Source of the DNA: Anaeramoeba ignava BMAN
Taxonomy: Eukaryota > Protista > Anaeramoebae
Assembly (NCBI GenBank): GCA_028826165.1
Contig: JAPDFW010000056.1
Coordinates: 248,001 to 312,000 of the forward strand
Direction of reading: 5' to 3'
Length of the DNA stretch: 64,000 bases
A program made the translations under genes and the position numbers. Numbering within the stretch: the first letter of the stretch is position 1; each line of letters opens with the position of its first letter. Below the pieces are notes generated by a model that was given only the letters and a program-made list of their open reading frames with translations, was not told where the DNA came from and searched no databases. Below are positions 1 to 14,000 of the stretch, piece by piece.

Positions 1-370
1 TAAAATTAAAATTAAAATTAAAATTAAAATCAAAATTAAATTAAAATTAAAATTAAAATTAAAATTAAAATTAAAATTAAAATTAAAATTAAAATTAAAA
101 TTAAAATTAAAATTAAAATTAAAATTAAAATTAAAATTAAAATTAAAATCAAAATTAAAATTAAAATTAAAATCAAAATTAAAATTAAAATCAAAATTAA
201 ATTAAAATTAAAATTAAAATCAAAATCAAAATTAAAATTAAAAATCAAAATTAAAATCAAAATCAAAATCAATTAAAATTAAAATCAAAATCAATTAAAA
301 AATCAAAATTAAATTAAAATTAAAAATCAAAATCAAATTGAAAATTAAAATTAAAATCAAAATTAAAATC
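1..370. repeat. (TTAAAA/TCAAAA)n hexamer array, probably the intron of a gene entering from the left
   Basis: Near-perfect hexamer array followed by a T-rich tract and an AG acceptor at 387-388. Confidence 0.9.
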
Positions 371-388
371 TGTTTTTGATTTTTTTAG

Positions 389-557
389 TTATTATGTTGA
401 ACCAATTTATACAGAAGCTGTTAATCCAGATGATCCTTCACCTTATTGTGATGATACTCTTTATGGTGCAACTAAAATTGGAGAATGGGATGTTACTCAA
501 CTTTATAATGAATGTTATTTCATTCCAAATGGAACTTCCAAATTTCACAAATTTTAA
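389..557 (+). CDS. Probable terminal exon of an unknown protein (YYVEPIYTEAVNPDDPSPYCDDTLYGATKIGEWDVTQLYNECYFIPNGTSKFHKF*)
   Basis: Higher-complexity, coding-like frame after the tttttag acceptor; stop TAA at 555-557. This is not the frame given in the ORF track. Confidence 0.5.
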
Positions 558-827
558 AGATTGTTTCTTCAAAAAATTCATTCTCAAATTAATTACTTTT
601 TATTGTTTGAGTTCTTATATTTTTTCTTTTCCGATTATTTTTTCTTGAAGAAACTATTTTTTTTTTGATTTTTTTGGATTGGAACAAAAAAATGAGAATA
701 AAAAAAGGAAGATTGATTTTTTAATTTGAATTTAATTTTGAATTTGAATTTAATTTTGAATTGAATTTGAATTTGAATTTGAATTTGAATTTGAATTAAA
801 TTGGAATTAAAGAAATCATTTCCTTTT

Positions 828-2103
828 TCATTTCTTTTCTAATAATTTAACTTCTCGTTTTTGTTTATCCTTATTCCTTGATAAATAAACTAATGAGTTT
901 TCAATAATTCTTTGACAAATTGAATCAGAAGTCAAATCAGGAAAATCACTTTCAATTTGGACATAAATTCCCAATTTTTTTGGAACCTTTTAAATAATTT
1001 TTAATTTTTAATTTTTAATTTAGATTTAGATTTAGATTTAGATTTAGATTTTGATTTAGATTTATATTGAATTCTATAATATACTTCATAAGGATCATTA
1101 TCAAGACGTGTTTCAACTTTTGTTGAACCATGACAAACAATTTGAAAATTCATTGACTTTATCAAATCTTCTGAAACATCAAAAGGAGCACCAATAATAA
1201 CCTCATCAACATAACGACAAGAAAGAACAGTAAGAATACGTTCATGAAGATTCATGATTGGAAAATGTTCACCTTTATGTTGATTAACAATTTCATCAGT
1301 ATGAACACCAACAATAAGAAAATCACCCAAAGCTTTTGCCTTTTTAAGAGTAGAAATATGACCGACATGAAAAAGATCAAAACCACCATCAATATAAACG
1401 ATTTTGTCATTTGGCTTTGGACTTTTTCCTTCAGAAAATTGAACAATTTTTCGGGTTGTAGGTAAATATTGAGAAACACGAGTATAAGGACTACTTTGAA
1501 CTTTAATATCCTTTTGATGATGTTCTCGAGTGAGTAAAAGCATTCTCCCAACAAGATCTGTAGTCGAAACACCAGTAGTTCGTGGTACTGTCCTGAATTT
1601 TCCTGCCTCTTTGATTTCTGCATATGAATCACGTCCATCTTTTGTTACTGATAAATCATCTCCATGAATACAAAAATCACAGTTGTATTTATTTAAGTAT
1701 TCAAGTGATGTTATATATGGTGCATCTCGTACTACTTCATCAACCCATTTACATCCTTCAACTGCTTGATATCTTTCTTCTCCTTTTAGTACTGTTGGTC
1801 CTTTGTTTTTTTCAATTTCTTCATCTGAATGAACTCCACAAATTAAATAATCTCCTAATTCTCTTGCTTGTCGTATAAAATTCGCATGTCCCCAGTGCAT
1901 CATATCAAAACATCCTTTATATTTTATATTTATATTATTTTAATTTTATATTATTTTATTATATGAAAAATTTTTTAACGATATTCTTCTTCATTTATTT
2001 TTTATTTTTGCTTTTTTATTTATTTATTTATTTATTTATAATTAATTAACTAACCATCAACCCAAACTCTTATTGGTTTTTTTTTCTCTTCTTTTTCACT
2101 CAT
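828..2103 (-). CDS. PCYT2: Ethanolamine-phosphate cytidylyltransferase; 3 exons (2103-2055, 1914-1085, 986-828)
   Basis: Two cytidylyltransferase domains: RVWVDG|CFDMMHWGH and YIDGGFDLFHVGH, plus RTTGVSTTDLVGRML. Both GT-AG introns restore frame. Confidence 0.95.
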
Positions 2104-2411
2104 TCTTTTATTAATTAAATCAATTTTGATTTTTGAATAAGTTTTTTCTTATTATTTAAAAGAAAAAATGATTTAAATTTTTTTCTTTTGTTGAGTTGGA
2201 AAATTTTAATTTTTAATTTATTTTTTTTTTTCTTTTTGTTTTTTCTTTTTAAAAAATAAAGAAAAAATTTTTCATTCTTCTTTTTTATTAAAAAGAAAAA
2301 AATGGAAAAAAAAAATTTTATTATTATTATTATTATTCTTCTTTTTGTTTTTGATTATTTTTGACATATTTTTTTTAAAAAAAAGATTTTTTTTCTTTTC
2401 TTTTTTTGTTT

Positions 2412-5400
2412 TTAACGTTTGGCAGCTATAATTCTCCAAAAAAATAAAACAAGAAAATTGATTGTAAAAATAATTGTAAAAGATGCAATCGATTTTATTC
2501 CTCCTTTTAGTTTCATTCCAAGAATCTAAATTAAAAACATTTTTCAATTAATTTTTTTTTAAAAATTGGAAAAAAACTTTTTTTTATAAAATAATTTAAA
2601 TAAATACAAGTTGAATCGGGATTATAAAAACACATAAAAAGTATGGAACCCAAGTTGGTTTATTTGATGGAGGAGAAAGTGTTTTTCCATCTTCATCTAA
2701 ATGAGATGATGTACATAAAAGAGTAAAATGAAAAACGTATGCAGAAAACATTTGCCTAAAATAAATTCAAATCAAATTTAATTCAATATTTAATTCAATA
2801 TTCAATTCAATTAAATTCAATTCAATATTCAATTCAAATTCAATTCAATTCAATATTCAATATTCAATTCAAAATTCAATTCAATTCAATATTCAATTAT
2901 TCAACCAATTCAATTTGATTCAATTATTCAATCAATTCAATTTCAATATTCATTTATTCAATTTCAATATTCAAATTCAATATTCAATATTAAATATTCG
3001 ATTCATTCAATTCAATTCAATTATTCAATATTCATTCAATATTCAATTTCCATATTCAATTCAATATTCAATTATTCAATATTATTCAATAATTCAATAT
3101 CAATTGAAATATTCATTCAATATTAATTTCAATATCAATTTATTCAATATTCAATATTCAATATTCAATTCAATATTCAATATTTCAATATTCAATATTA
3201 TTTCATTATTTCAATAATCATTCAATATTCCAATTCAATATTTATTCAATATTCATTAATTCCAATATTATTCAATTATTCAATATTCAATATTCAGTTA
3301 TTCAATATTCATTCAATTCAATTTTAATATTCAATATTCAATATTCAATATTCATTCCAATTTATATTCAATATTCAATATTCAATATTCAATATTCAAT
3401 ATTCAATATTCAATATTTCATTATTCAATATTATTCAATATTCAATATTCAATATTCAATATTCAATTCATTATTCAATATTCAATATTTATTCAATATT
3501 CAATATTCAATATTCAATATTCAATATTCATATTATTTCAATATTCAATATTTCAATATTCAATATTCAATATTTCAATATTCAATATTCGATTCAATAT
3601 TCGATAATTCGATTCGATTCAATATTCAATTTCATGTCCATTCAATATTCATTCAATATTCGATTCATTATTATTCAATATTCGATTCTCCCAAATTCGA
3701 TTCCAATATTCAATTCAATATTCAATATTCAATATTCAATTCCAATATTCAATATTCAATATTCATTCAATATTCAATATTTCAATATTCAGTTTATTCA
3801 ATATTCAATATTCGATTCAATATTTCCAATATTTCAATATTCGATTCAATATTCATTTCAATATTCCAATATTCAATTCAATATTCAATATTCAATATTC
3901 AATATCAATATTCATTATTCAATTCCATTCATTCAATATTCAGTTCAATATTCAATTCGATTATTTCAATATTATTCAATTCAATATTCAATATTCAATA
4001 TTCATTATTCAATATTATTCATTCAATATTCAAATTATTCAATATTCAATATTCAATATTCAATATTCAATATTCAATTCAATATTTAATATTCAATATT
4101 CAATTCAATTTAATATTCAATTCAATATTCAATTTAATATTCAATATTCAATTCAATATTCAATTTAATATTCAATTTAATATTCAATTTAATATTCAAT
4201 TCAATATTCAATATTCAATATTCAATTCAATATTCAATTCAATTCAATATTCAATTCAATATTCAATCCAAATAAATACGCAAATGCATGTTGTATTTTA
4301 GCCCAAAATTCAATAGGTTTCATATTTAAAAAAAGTGTAATAACAAATGAAACAGCTGTTGTTATAACAAAGACAATCCAATGGACATTATCAAAATTAT
4401 TCCAATTTATAACTCTTGAATCTTCTTTATTTGTATAACATTTTTCTGACCAACAAGATTGACAACCAAAAGAGTTCATATGATAAAAATTAGCTGAAGA
4501 TACACAAACAATAATTCCAATAATTAATCCAGCAATACAATCTTTAAAAAAAACAAAGTGATTGATTTTGGAAAGTTTCATGATTTTTTTTTCTTTTATA
4601 AAAATTGTAATTTATAAAGTATAATAAATACCTGTTGGATAATGAACTCCAAAATAGATCTTTTAAACAAATATATTATTATATTTTGGTTTTTTTTTTG
4701 AAATTAAATTAAAATAAAATTTTTTAAATAAAATTAAATGAATACTCGAGAATATGATGTCCAAATCACAAATAAAATAATAATTAAAATTAATAACCAG
4801 GATATTTTTAATTTTTCATTATTATGAAAATAAGCATAAAGATAATTTGCTAAATAAGGATATACAACAGCACCAGCTACAGCTCTTGAAGGAAAAGAAG
4901 AAGAAGAATCTTTTCGAATCTTTTAAATTTGAATTTGAATTTTGATTTGAATTTGATTTTGATTTTGATTTTGATTTTGATTTTGATTTTGATTTTGATT
5001 TTGATTTTGATTTTGATTTTGATTTTGATTTTGATTTTGATTTTGATTTTGATTTTAATTTTGATTTTGATTTTGATTTTGATTTTGATTTTGATTTTGA
5101 TTTTGATTTTGATTTTGATTTTGATTTTGATTTTGATTTTTGATTTTGATTTTGATTTTGATTTTTGATTTTGATTTTTGATTTTGATTTTGATTTTGAT
5201 TTTGATTTTTGATTTTGATTTTTGATTTTTTTGATTTTGATTTTGATTTTAATTTTGATTTTAATTTTGATTTTGATTTTGATTTTGATTTTGATTTTGA
5301 TTTTGATTTAATTTTGATTTTAATTTTGATTTTAATTTTGATTTAGATTTAAATTTAATTTTGATTTTGATTTTAATTTTAATTTTGATTTTGATTTTAA

Positions 5401-6093
5401 TTTTAATTTTGATTTTGATTTTGAATTTGATTTTAATTTTGATTTTGATTTTGATTTTGATTTAGATTTAGATTTTGATTTTGATTTTGATTTGATTTAA
5501 AATGGATTTTGATTTTAATTTTGATTTTGATTTAATTTCGTATTGATTTTAATTTGAATTTAATTTTAAATTTAATTTGGATTTTAATTTGGATTTAATA
5601 AAAATTCATAAATATTTGAATAAATTACACGAAGAGCATCCCCAACTATATAAGGACGAAATCTCCATAAAAAACGTTTTGGAATTTGAGTTAAAAAGCT
5701 AAAAATAAACATAACATTTAAAAATTCAAGAGCAAGTTCATCAATACCAAAAATATATAAAATAAAAGGAAGAGTTAAACCAACTTCAATTGTAGTTATA
5801 GCTATCAAAATAAAATAAACAATTAAAAAAACGAGAACAAAATAAATTGTTGTTAAAAATTAAGTTGATAATCATTTGATACGTGTCATAATTAAAGAAA
5901 AAATATGTGTGAATTTATTCATATGTTTTTGACAAAGTTGAATAATTTTCATATCAAAAGGTCGAAAAAAATTTGTTATTGATTTAGGGATTTCATAACA
6001 GAATTTTGCTGGTCTTTTATAAGGAAATTTTGGCGTTGGTTTTTCTTGATTTGAATCTAATAAAGAAGTTTGTTCTTCATCAATATTTGCCAT
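2412..6093 (-). CDS. PAP2-superfamily integral-membrane lipid phosphate phosphatase; about 7 exons
   Basis: C1 motif KRFLWRFRP, C2-like SFPSRA, and C3 SR|IYFGVHYPT|D assembled across GT-AG introns. Multiple TM helices; last exon ILGMKLKGG...IIAAKR*. Confidence 0.85.
2760..4265. repeat. (AATATTC)n degenerate heptamer array filling PAP2 intron 2756-4279
   Basis: Direct inspection; the array lies between the GT donor at 4279 and the AG acceptor at 2756 on the minus strand. Confidence 0.9.
4925..5600. repeat. (TTTTGA)n array in a PAP2 intron
   Basis: Direct inspection. Confidence 0.9.
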
Positions 6094-6225
6094 TTTTAAT
6101 TTTATGAAAAATTTAATTTGGAAAAAATTTTTTAATTTATTTATTTATTAAAAAAAAAAAGAAAAAAAATGGAATTAAAAAAAATAAAAAAAAAATTTTT
6201 CAAATCAAAAAAATAAAGAAAACCA

Positions 6226-6470
6226 GGTCACAAATTAACGAGTAAGTGTAAGATTAATTGTAACCAATTAGATTCTATTTTCAATTTTTCTTATTCTATT
6301 AAAGATTAAGAAGAAATTGAAAATAATATTTTTAAATGAATCTAATGAGATAAGACAAATTTGCTTAACCAGAAGCACTACATTTCAAATGGAGAAATGT
6401 AATCTAGTTGGCTAAACTAGATAGAACAGATACTACACTTGATCGAAGCCATAAGGCGACTTGATCGAGA
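6226..6470 (-). ncRNA. U2: U2 spliceosomal snRNA (divergent, ~245 nt; 5' end approximate)
   Basis: The minus strand reads GCCUUAUGGCUUCGAUCAAGUGUAGUAUCUGUUCU, against canonical GCCUUUUGGCUAAGAUCAAGUGUAGUAUCUGUUCU. Stems IIa (6402-6422), IIb (6379-6401), the IIc partner GGUUAA (6365-6370), an Sm-like AAAUUUGU, stem III (6268-6345) and stem IV (6226-6265) can all be folded by eye. Confidence 0.92.
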
Positions 6471-6600
6471 ATTATGAATAAAATTTTGAATTTTTATAAG
6501 AAAAATGAATTAAAAAATTTTTTTAATTATGGATAAAAAAAATAAATAAAAAATTTTTTTTAATTAATTTTTCATTTTTCTTTTTCTTTAATAAATAAAA

Positions 6601-9600
6601 ATGAATGAAGAAAATATTCAAATTACTCCAATTCAAAGAAATTATGAAACAGAAAAAAGAAACAATTTAATTCCATTACAAATTGCTTTTAATCATCCAT
6701 TAGAAACTATTAAAACAGTTATAATTGAACCAAAAAAAAAATCCAAAAGAAAATCAAAAAGAAAATCAAAAAGCAAAAAAAAAAGCAAAGAAGAAAATCC
6801 ACTAGAAGAAGATCCATTAACAAAAAGTGAAGAATATGATCCATTAACAACAAATATTTACGAGAACAAACAAAAATACAATCCATATATGACATCAGGA
6901 ATGTTATTATCAAATACAAGTTTATCAATAACAGAAACAAGTGGTCAAAATTTTTCTTTAAAAGATGATTTTGAACTTCAATTTGTGCCTTGGACTGTTC
7001 GCAAAACATCTATTTTAGCAAAATATACAACTAATTCAAAAATTTCAATTCAAAGTAAATTTAAAGATGATAATGATTTCGGAACTGATATGCAAAATAA
7101 ACAAACTTCCCTCAGTCAAAAAGTTTCAAGAGATAATTCAGATAATTTGTCTCAAGGCAAAACTAAAATTGAACGGTTGAAAGCTTCTGAACAAGAAAAA
7201 GAAAGAGAAAAAAAATTAACGTTAACTCAAGATGAATATTTGAAATATATTCAAAAAATTACTGAAGAATTGGGTCAATGCTGGAATAATAATGATAGAG
7301 TTGGTGCTCTTCGTTATGTTATTCGTGTATTTATTAACAAATTTATAAATATTTTTAAAAGGAATTTTTAAAAGGAATTTTAAATTTAAAAAATAAGGCT
7401 GCAAAAATGTTAAGAAATACAAGTTGTCTTCCTTTTTATCCAAGTCAATTTTTTCTTCTTGCTGATTTATTTGATTCATTTGGTGATTTAGTTTTTGATA
7501 GATTATTAGATTTAACTGATGCAATAGATCCATTAACTGGAAGAAAATATCCACCTTTAAACAGTTAATTTGAAATATAATTAATAAAAATATTTATAAA
7601 AATATTTATAAAAATATTTATAAAAATATTAATAAAAATATTTATAAAAATATTAATAAAAATATTTATAAAAATATTAATAAAAATATTAATAAAAATA
7701 TTTATAAAAATATTTATAAAAATATTAATAAAATTATTTATAAAATTATTAATAAAAATATTAATAAAAATATTAATAAAAATATTAATAAAAATATTAA
7801 TAAAAATATTAATAAAAATATTAATAAAAATATTAATAAAAATATTAATAAAAATATTTATAAAATTATTAATAAAAATATTAATAAAAATATTAATAAA
7901 AATATTAATAAAAATATTAATAAAAATATTTATAAAAATATTTATAAAAATATTTATAAAAATATTAATAAAAATATTTATAAAAATATTAATAAAAATA
8001 TTAATTTAATAAAAATATTAATAAAAATATTTATAAAAATATTAATAAAAATATTTATAAAATTATTAATAAAATTATTAATAAAAATATTTAATAAAAA
8101 TATTAATAAAAATATAAATAAAAATATTTATAAAAATATTTATAAAAATATTAATAAAAATATTAATAAAAATATTTATAAAATTATTAATAAAAATATT
8201 AATAAAAATATTAATAAAAATATTAATAAAAATATTTATAAAAATATTAATAAAATTATTTATAAAAATATTTATAAAAATATTAATAAAATTATTAATA
8301 AAATTATTAATAAAAATATTAATAAAAATATTTAGGAGATTTTACTATTGAACAAGTTCCTGAACCTTCAAAAGAAACTGCTAGAAATTGGTTTTATAAA
8401 ATTGTTAGTGTTCGTGAAGTTTTACCAAGAATTTATACAGAAATTGCATTTTTATCTTGTTATAAATTCTTTTCTAATGAAGAACTTGGTGATGCAATTG
8501 AAAGACTTGGAAAAATGATTCGAGGAATTGGAAAACCAATTACTGCTTTATATTGTAGAGCTTATTTAGTTAAAAAAGCAAAAGAACTTCTTCCAAACAA
8601 AAATGATTTTATTGTTGATTTATTTGAAGATTATTTACTATCTTTCAAGTAATTAAAAAAAATTAAATCGAAAAAAAACAAAATTTTTTAAATTTTAAAC
8701 AATAATAATTTTTTTTTTTAAATTTTAAAAAGACATCAATTACTTTCAGAAAGACATACACAATATTTACAGAAAAAAGGTTTAGATTTTAATAAATATA
8801 TTGATCTTCATAAACCTGCTATTGAATGGATTATTCAAAATATTGGTTTAGACGGAAATAATGTATCAAAAATATTCTTTTTCCTTTTTCCTTTTTAATT
8901 TTAATTTTAATTTTAATTTTATTTAAAAAATTAGGAAACATTTTTGAAAATTTTATCCATTTTTAAAGAAAATTGTCAATCATCAATGATTTTTGAAATA
9001 ATTTTAAATTCTTTTAGACCTTCAATAATTTCATCCAATATCACACAATTAATTCAAATATTTCAAGAATTAGATGATTCAATTCCTCGAGTAAAAATTA
9101 TAAATAAAAATCAAAAAAAAAACTTTTTTTTAAAATAAATTTAAAAATAAATTTAAAAATAGTATAAACTATATGTTACTTTGGGTAGAACATTGTGTAT
9201 TACACCACCACCAAAAGAAAAAATACTCAAAGTTTTAAATGAAATTTGGAATGTTGTTTCAAGATTTCCAGAAATTCATGATTATATTTCAGTAGCTGAA
9301 GTTTTTATTGAATATCCATTAAAAAATTGCAGTGTAAATTTTCCACAAACATGAAAAATTAAAAATTAATATTAAAAATATTAAAAAAAAAAATAGACAA
9401 AACATGTAGATGTAATGGTAAAAGATATTTTAAGACATATATCCAAATCAGGAAGTAAAGACATAGTTTTACAAATAGCAACAATTACACAAAAAATCAT
9501 TTGGTTTTCACCAAGTTTAACAGCAGTTTTATTTTCAGACAACTTTACCAAATTAATGAACTTAATAACTGGAGATTCAAAAGTTGAACTTGCAAAAACA

Positions 9601-10873
9601 ATAGTTAACAGTCTTATGAAATCCAGTGAATTTGTATCAGATCCATTGATTTTATATTCAATTTTTGAACAAACAAAATTACTTCATGATTCAATTACAA
9701 GTCTATCAACACCAGAACAAATAAAAGAAATTTCACAATTAATTTCCAATTTTTTGGAAAAAACTTATTTTGGAAATGAAGTTGAAAAAGAACTGAATTT
9801 TTTGGTTGAATGCAGAGAAACCTTTCTTAATCTTGATTCTGTTATTGGATGTCTTGTTCAAAGAGCTTTATTGCTCACAATGAAAACGTTTAAGATTGTT
9901 AAGAAAAAACATACTAAGAAAACAACAGATTTTGTTAAAGCTTGTTTGTCTTATGCTTATATCACAATCCCATCAATGAATGATTATTTTCTTCGGTTGA
10001 ATCTTTATCTTCAAGCTGGTGAGATTTCATTAATTAATTCGATTGTTTCTCAAGCTGATACCTTTTTTAGAGCTGCTTTGACTTTGTTTCAGGAATTATC
10101 AACTCAAAAAAGTTCTGGTGATTCAAATTCTGTTTTAATTGATGAACAAAAATTAATTGATTTCTTACGTTATTTTTCAAGTATTTTATTGGTTGTTCCT
10201 GGTCATCCAGAACTTGGAGCTTCTTATTTAATCAAAGCCATGATTAAGGTTCTTAAAGATTTTCCTTGGTAATTTTAATTTCAAATCAAGAAAATTTTAA
10301 TTAACATGAAATTTGTTTTCAAAAAAATTCAAATAAAAATTTTTAATTAAAAAAAAAAAGGTCTCAAGGAAGTGATGCAAAAATTCAAATTTATTTCAGT
10401 TTAATTATGCTTTTTGCTTCTTTATCACAAAGAAATTATATTTATCATGTTCCAAATATTGATAGTAATGATACTTTATATGCAGGTGATTCAGAATTTT
10501 TACAAGAACTTCAAGGTTTTTCTTCAATTTTAGTGCAAGAAGTAATGAATGAACTTTATGTTTTAGAAAAAGAAATGAATCCTCAAGTAAATAATTATAA
10601 TTATTAAAAATTTTAATTTTAATTTTTAATTTTAATTTTTAATTTTTTTAGTCAAAAAAGAAAAATGCAATTCTTTCTTTGGATTTCTTTAATATTTTAA
10701 TTGAACATTATGTTCTTGATAAACAATCTGCAAAATTATTATTGAAATTATTTGAAAATGCTAAAAAATCAGATTATACTGATCGAATTTATTTGAAAAA
10801 TACACTTGATTCAATTCAAAAAAAACAAGATTCAATTTATCAACAATTATTTTCAAAACTTTCTAAATTTTAA
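6601..10873 (+). CDS. VPS35L: VPS35-like Retriever complex subunit (C16orf62); multi-exon
   Basis: Family motifs FVPW...ILAKYTT, LTQDEY...WNNNDRVGALR, FYPSQF...FGDLVFDRL, ETARNWFYKIVSVREVLPRIY, LVVPGHPE and DSNDTLYAGD; GT-AG introns are in phase. Confidence 0.92.
7580..8330. repeat. (AATAAAAATATT)n 12-mer array in VPS35L intron 7564-8335
   Basis: Direct inspection. Confidence 0.9.
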
Positions 10874-11076
10874 TTTTTTCTCTTCTTAAAAGAATTTCCA
10901 ATTAATTTTGATTTTGAAGTTTTCTTTTTTTAAAAAAAAAAATAAACCAAATTAACAAAAAGAAATTTTTCTAAATGAATTTTGTTTTTTCATTTTTTTT
11001 CATTTTTTTTTGCTCTTTTTGCTTTTTTTTTTACTTTTTGTGTTTTTTGTTGTTTTTAATTATTCATTTAACTGAA

Positions 11077-14000
11077 ATGGCACAAGAATCAACAGAACAA
11101 AGTAGGAATATTTATTTAAAAAAAAAAATTTAAATTTTATTTTTTTCGTAAATTATTTTAGTTAAAGATATTATAACGAGAAATGGAGAAGAAATTAGTC
11201 TTCAATTAAATGCATTAATGAAAAAAGGAAATAAACAAGTTGAAGTGCATTTTGTTTTAACAAATTTTCAAATTTATTCTGTGAAAGTTAAAAAAAAATT
11301 AAAAGAGAAACAAATAATATCAACTAAAGGGAATCATTTTTATAATTTAAAAAGCATTTTTTCGCAAGATAATTTACATGTAAATTATTTATAATTTAAT
11401 TTATAATTTTTAATTTATAATTTTAATTTATAATTTAATTTATAATTTTATTTATAATTTAATTTATAATTTTATTTATAATTTTATTTATATTTTAATT
11501 TATATTTTTATTTATAATTTAATTTATAATTTAATTTATAATTTTATTTATAATTTTATTTATAATTTTATTTATAATTTTATTTATAATTTTATTTATA
11601 ATTTTATTTATAATTTTATTTATAATTTTATTTATAATTTTATTTATAATTTTATTTATAATTTTAATTTATAATTTTAATTTATAATTTTATTTATATT
11701 TAATTTTATTTTATTTATAATTTTATTTATAATTTTATTTATAATTTTATTTATAATTTTATTTATAATTTAATTTATAATTTTATTTATAATTTAATTT
11801 ATAATTTAATTTATAATTTAATTTATAATTTTAATTTTATAATTTTATTTATAATTTAATTTATAATTTTATTTATAATTTAATTTATAATTTTATTTAT
11901 AATTTTATTTATAATTTAATTTTTAATTTTAAATTTTAATTTAATTTATAATTTAATTTATAATTTTATTTATAATTTAATTTATAATTTTTTTATTTAT
12001 AATTTTATTTATAATTTTATTTATATTTTTATTTTATAATTTTATTTATAATTTTTATTTATAATTTTTATTTATAATTTTATTTATAATTTTTTATTTA
12101 TAATTTTATTTATAATTTTATTTATAATTTTATTTATAATTTTTATTTTATAATTTTATTTATAATTTTATTTATAATTTAATTTATAATTTTTATTTTA
12201 ATTTTAATTTTAATTTTATTTATAATTTTATTTATAATTTTATTTATAATTTTATTTTATAATTTAATTTATAATTTAATTTTATAATTTAATTTATAAT
12301 TTTATTTATAATTTTATTTATAATTTTATTTATATTTTTATTTTATTTTATTTAATTTTATTTATAATTTTATTTTTTTATAATTTTATTTATAATTTTT
12401 ATTTATTTTTAATATTTATAATTTTATTTATATTTTATTTTATTTTTATTTATATTTTAATTTATAATTTTATTTATATTTTAATTTATAATTTAATTTA
12501 TAATTTTATTTATAATTTTTATTTATAATTTTATTTATAATTTTATTTATAATTTTAATTTATAATTTTATTTTATAATTTTTATTTTATAATTTTAATT
12601 TATAATTTATTTATAATTTTATTTATAATTTTATTTTATAATTTTATTTATAATTTTATTTTTTATTTTTATTTTATAATTTAATTTATAATTTTTATTT
12701 ATAATTTAATTTTATAATTTAATTTATAATTTTTAATTTTATTTATATTTTTATTTATAATTTTATTTTAATTTTTATTTTTATTTATAATTTAATTTTA
12801 TTTATAATTTTATTTATAATTTTATTTATAATTTAATTTATAATTTAATTTATTTTATTTATAATTTAATTTATAATTTTATTTATAATTTAATTTATAA
12901 TTTAATTTATAATTTTATTTATAATTTTAATTTATAATTTTAATTTATAATTTTTATTTATAATTTTATTTATAATTTAATTTATAATTTTAATTTATAA
13001 TTTAATTTATAATTTTATTTATAATTTTATTTATAATTTAATTTATAATTTAATTTTATTTATAATTTTAATTTATAATTTAATTTATAATTTAATTTAT
13101 AATTTTATTTATAATTTTAATTTTATTTATAATTTTATTTATAATTTAATTTATAATTTTAATTTATAATTTAATTTTATTTATAATTTAATTTATAATT
13201 TTATTTATTTTTATTTATATTTAATTTATTTATTTAATTTTAATTTTAATTTTAATTTTTTAACTTTTTACAAATAATTCTATTGAACTTGAAACAAATC
13301 AGTTTGATTCAATAATTTTAAGATTATTGAACAATAATAATAAAATTTTATGAGGAATTCCAAAAACAAAATCATTTTAAAATTTGAATTTTGACCTGAA
13401 AAAGAGATATCGATTAATTTATGAAATTTATACTAAATTTGAAATTTAAAATATACATATAAATATAAATATAAATTTAAATATTTAATTTCAAGTTAAT
13501 TTATAAATTTAAATTTAAATTTAATTTTAAATTCAAATATAAATCTAAATCTAAATATAAATATAAAATTTAATTTATAAATTTAAATATAAATATTTTA
13601 AAAATATAAATATAAATATAAATATAAATATAAATATAAATATTTAAATCTAAATATAAAATTTATTTATAAATATTATTTATAAATATAAAAATATAAA
13701 TATAAATATAAATCTAAAAATAAAAATATAAATATAAATTTATATTTTATAATTTATAAATATAAATTTTATAAATATAATTTATTTATTTTAATTTAAA
13801 ATATAATTTTATTTATAAAATTTATAAATATAAAATATAAATAAATAAATTTAATTTATAAATAAATTTATTTATAATTTATATTTAAATATTTATAATT
13901 TTATAAAAATAATTATAAATATAAATATAATTTATATTTTATAAATTTAAATATTAAAATATAATTAAATTTAAATATAAATATAATAAATAAAATAAAA

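Noticed and set aside
1-370. (TTAAAA)n as a telomere or contig end
   Set aside because: The same unit fills introns at 22800-23340 and 34585-35015, and this array ends in a splice acceptor.
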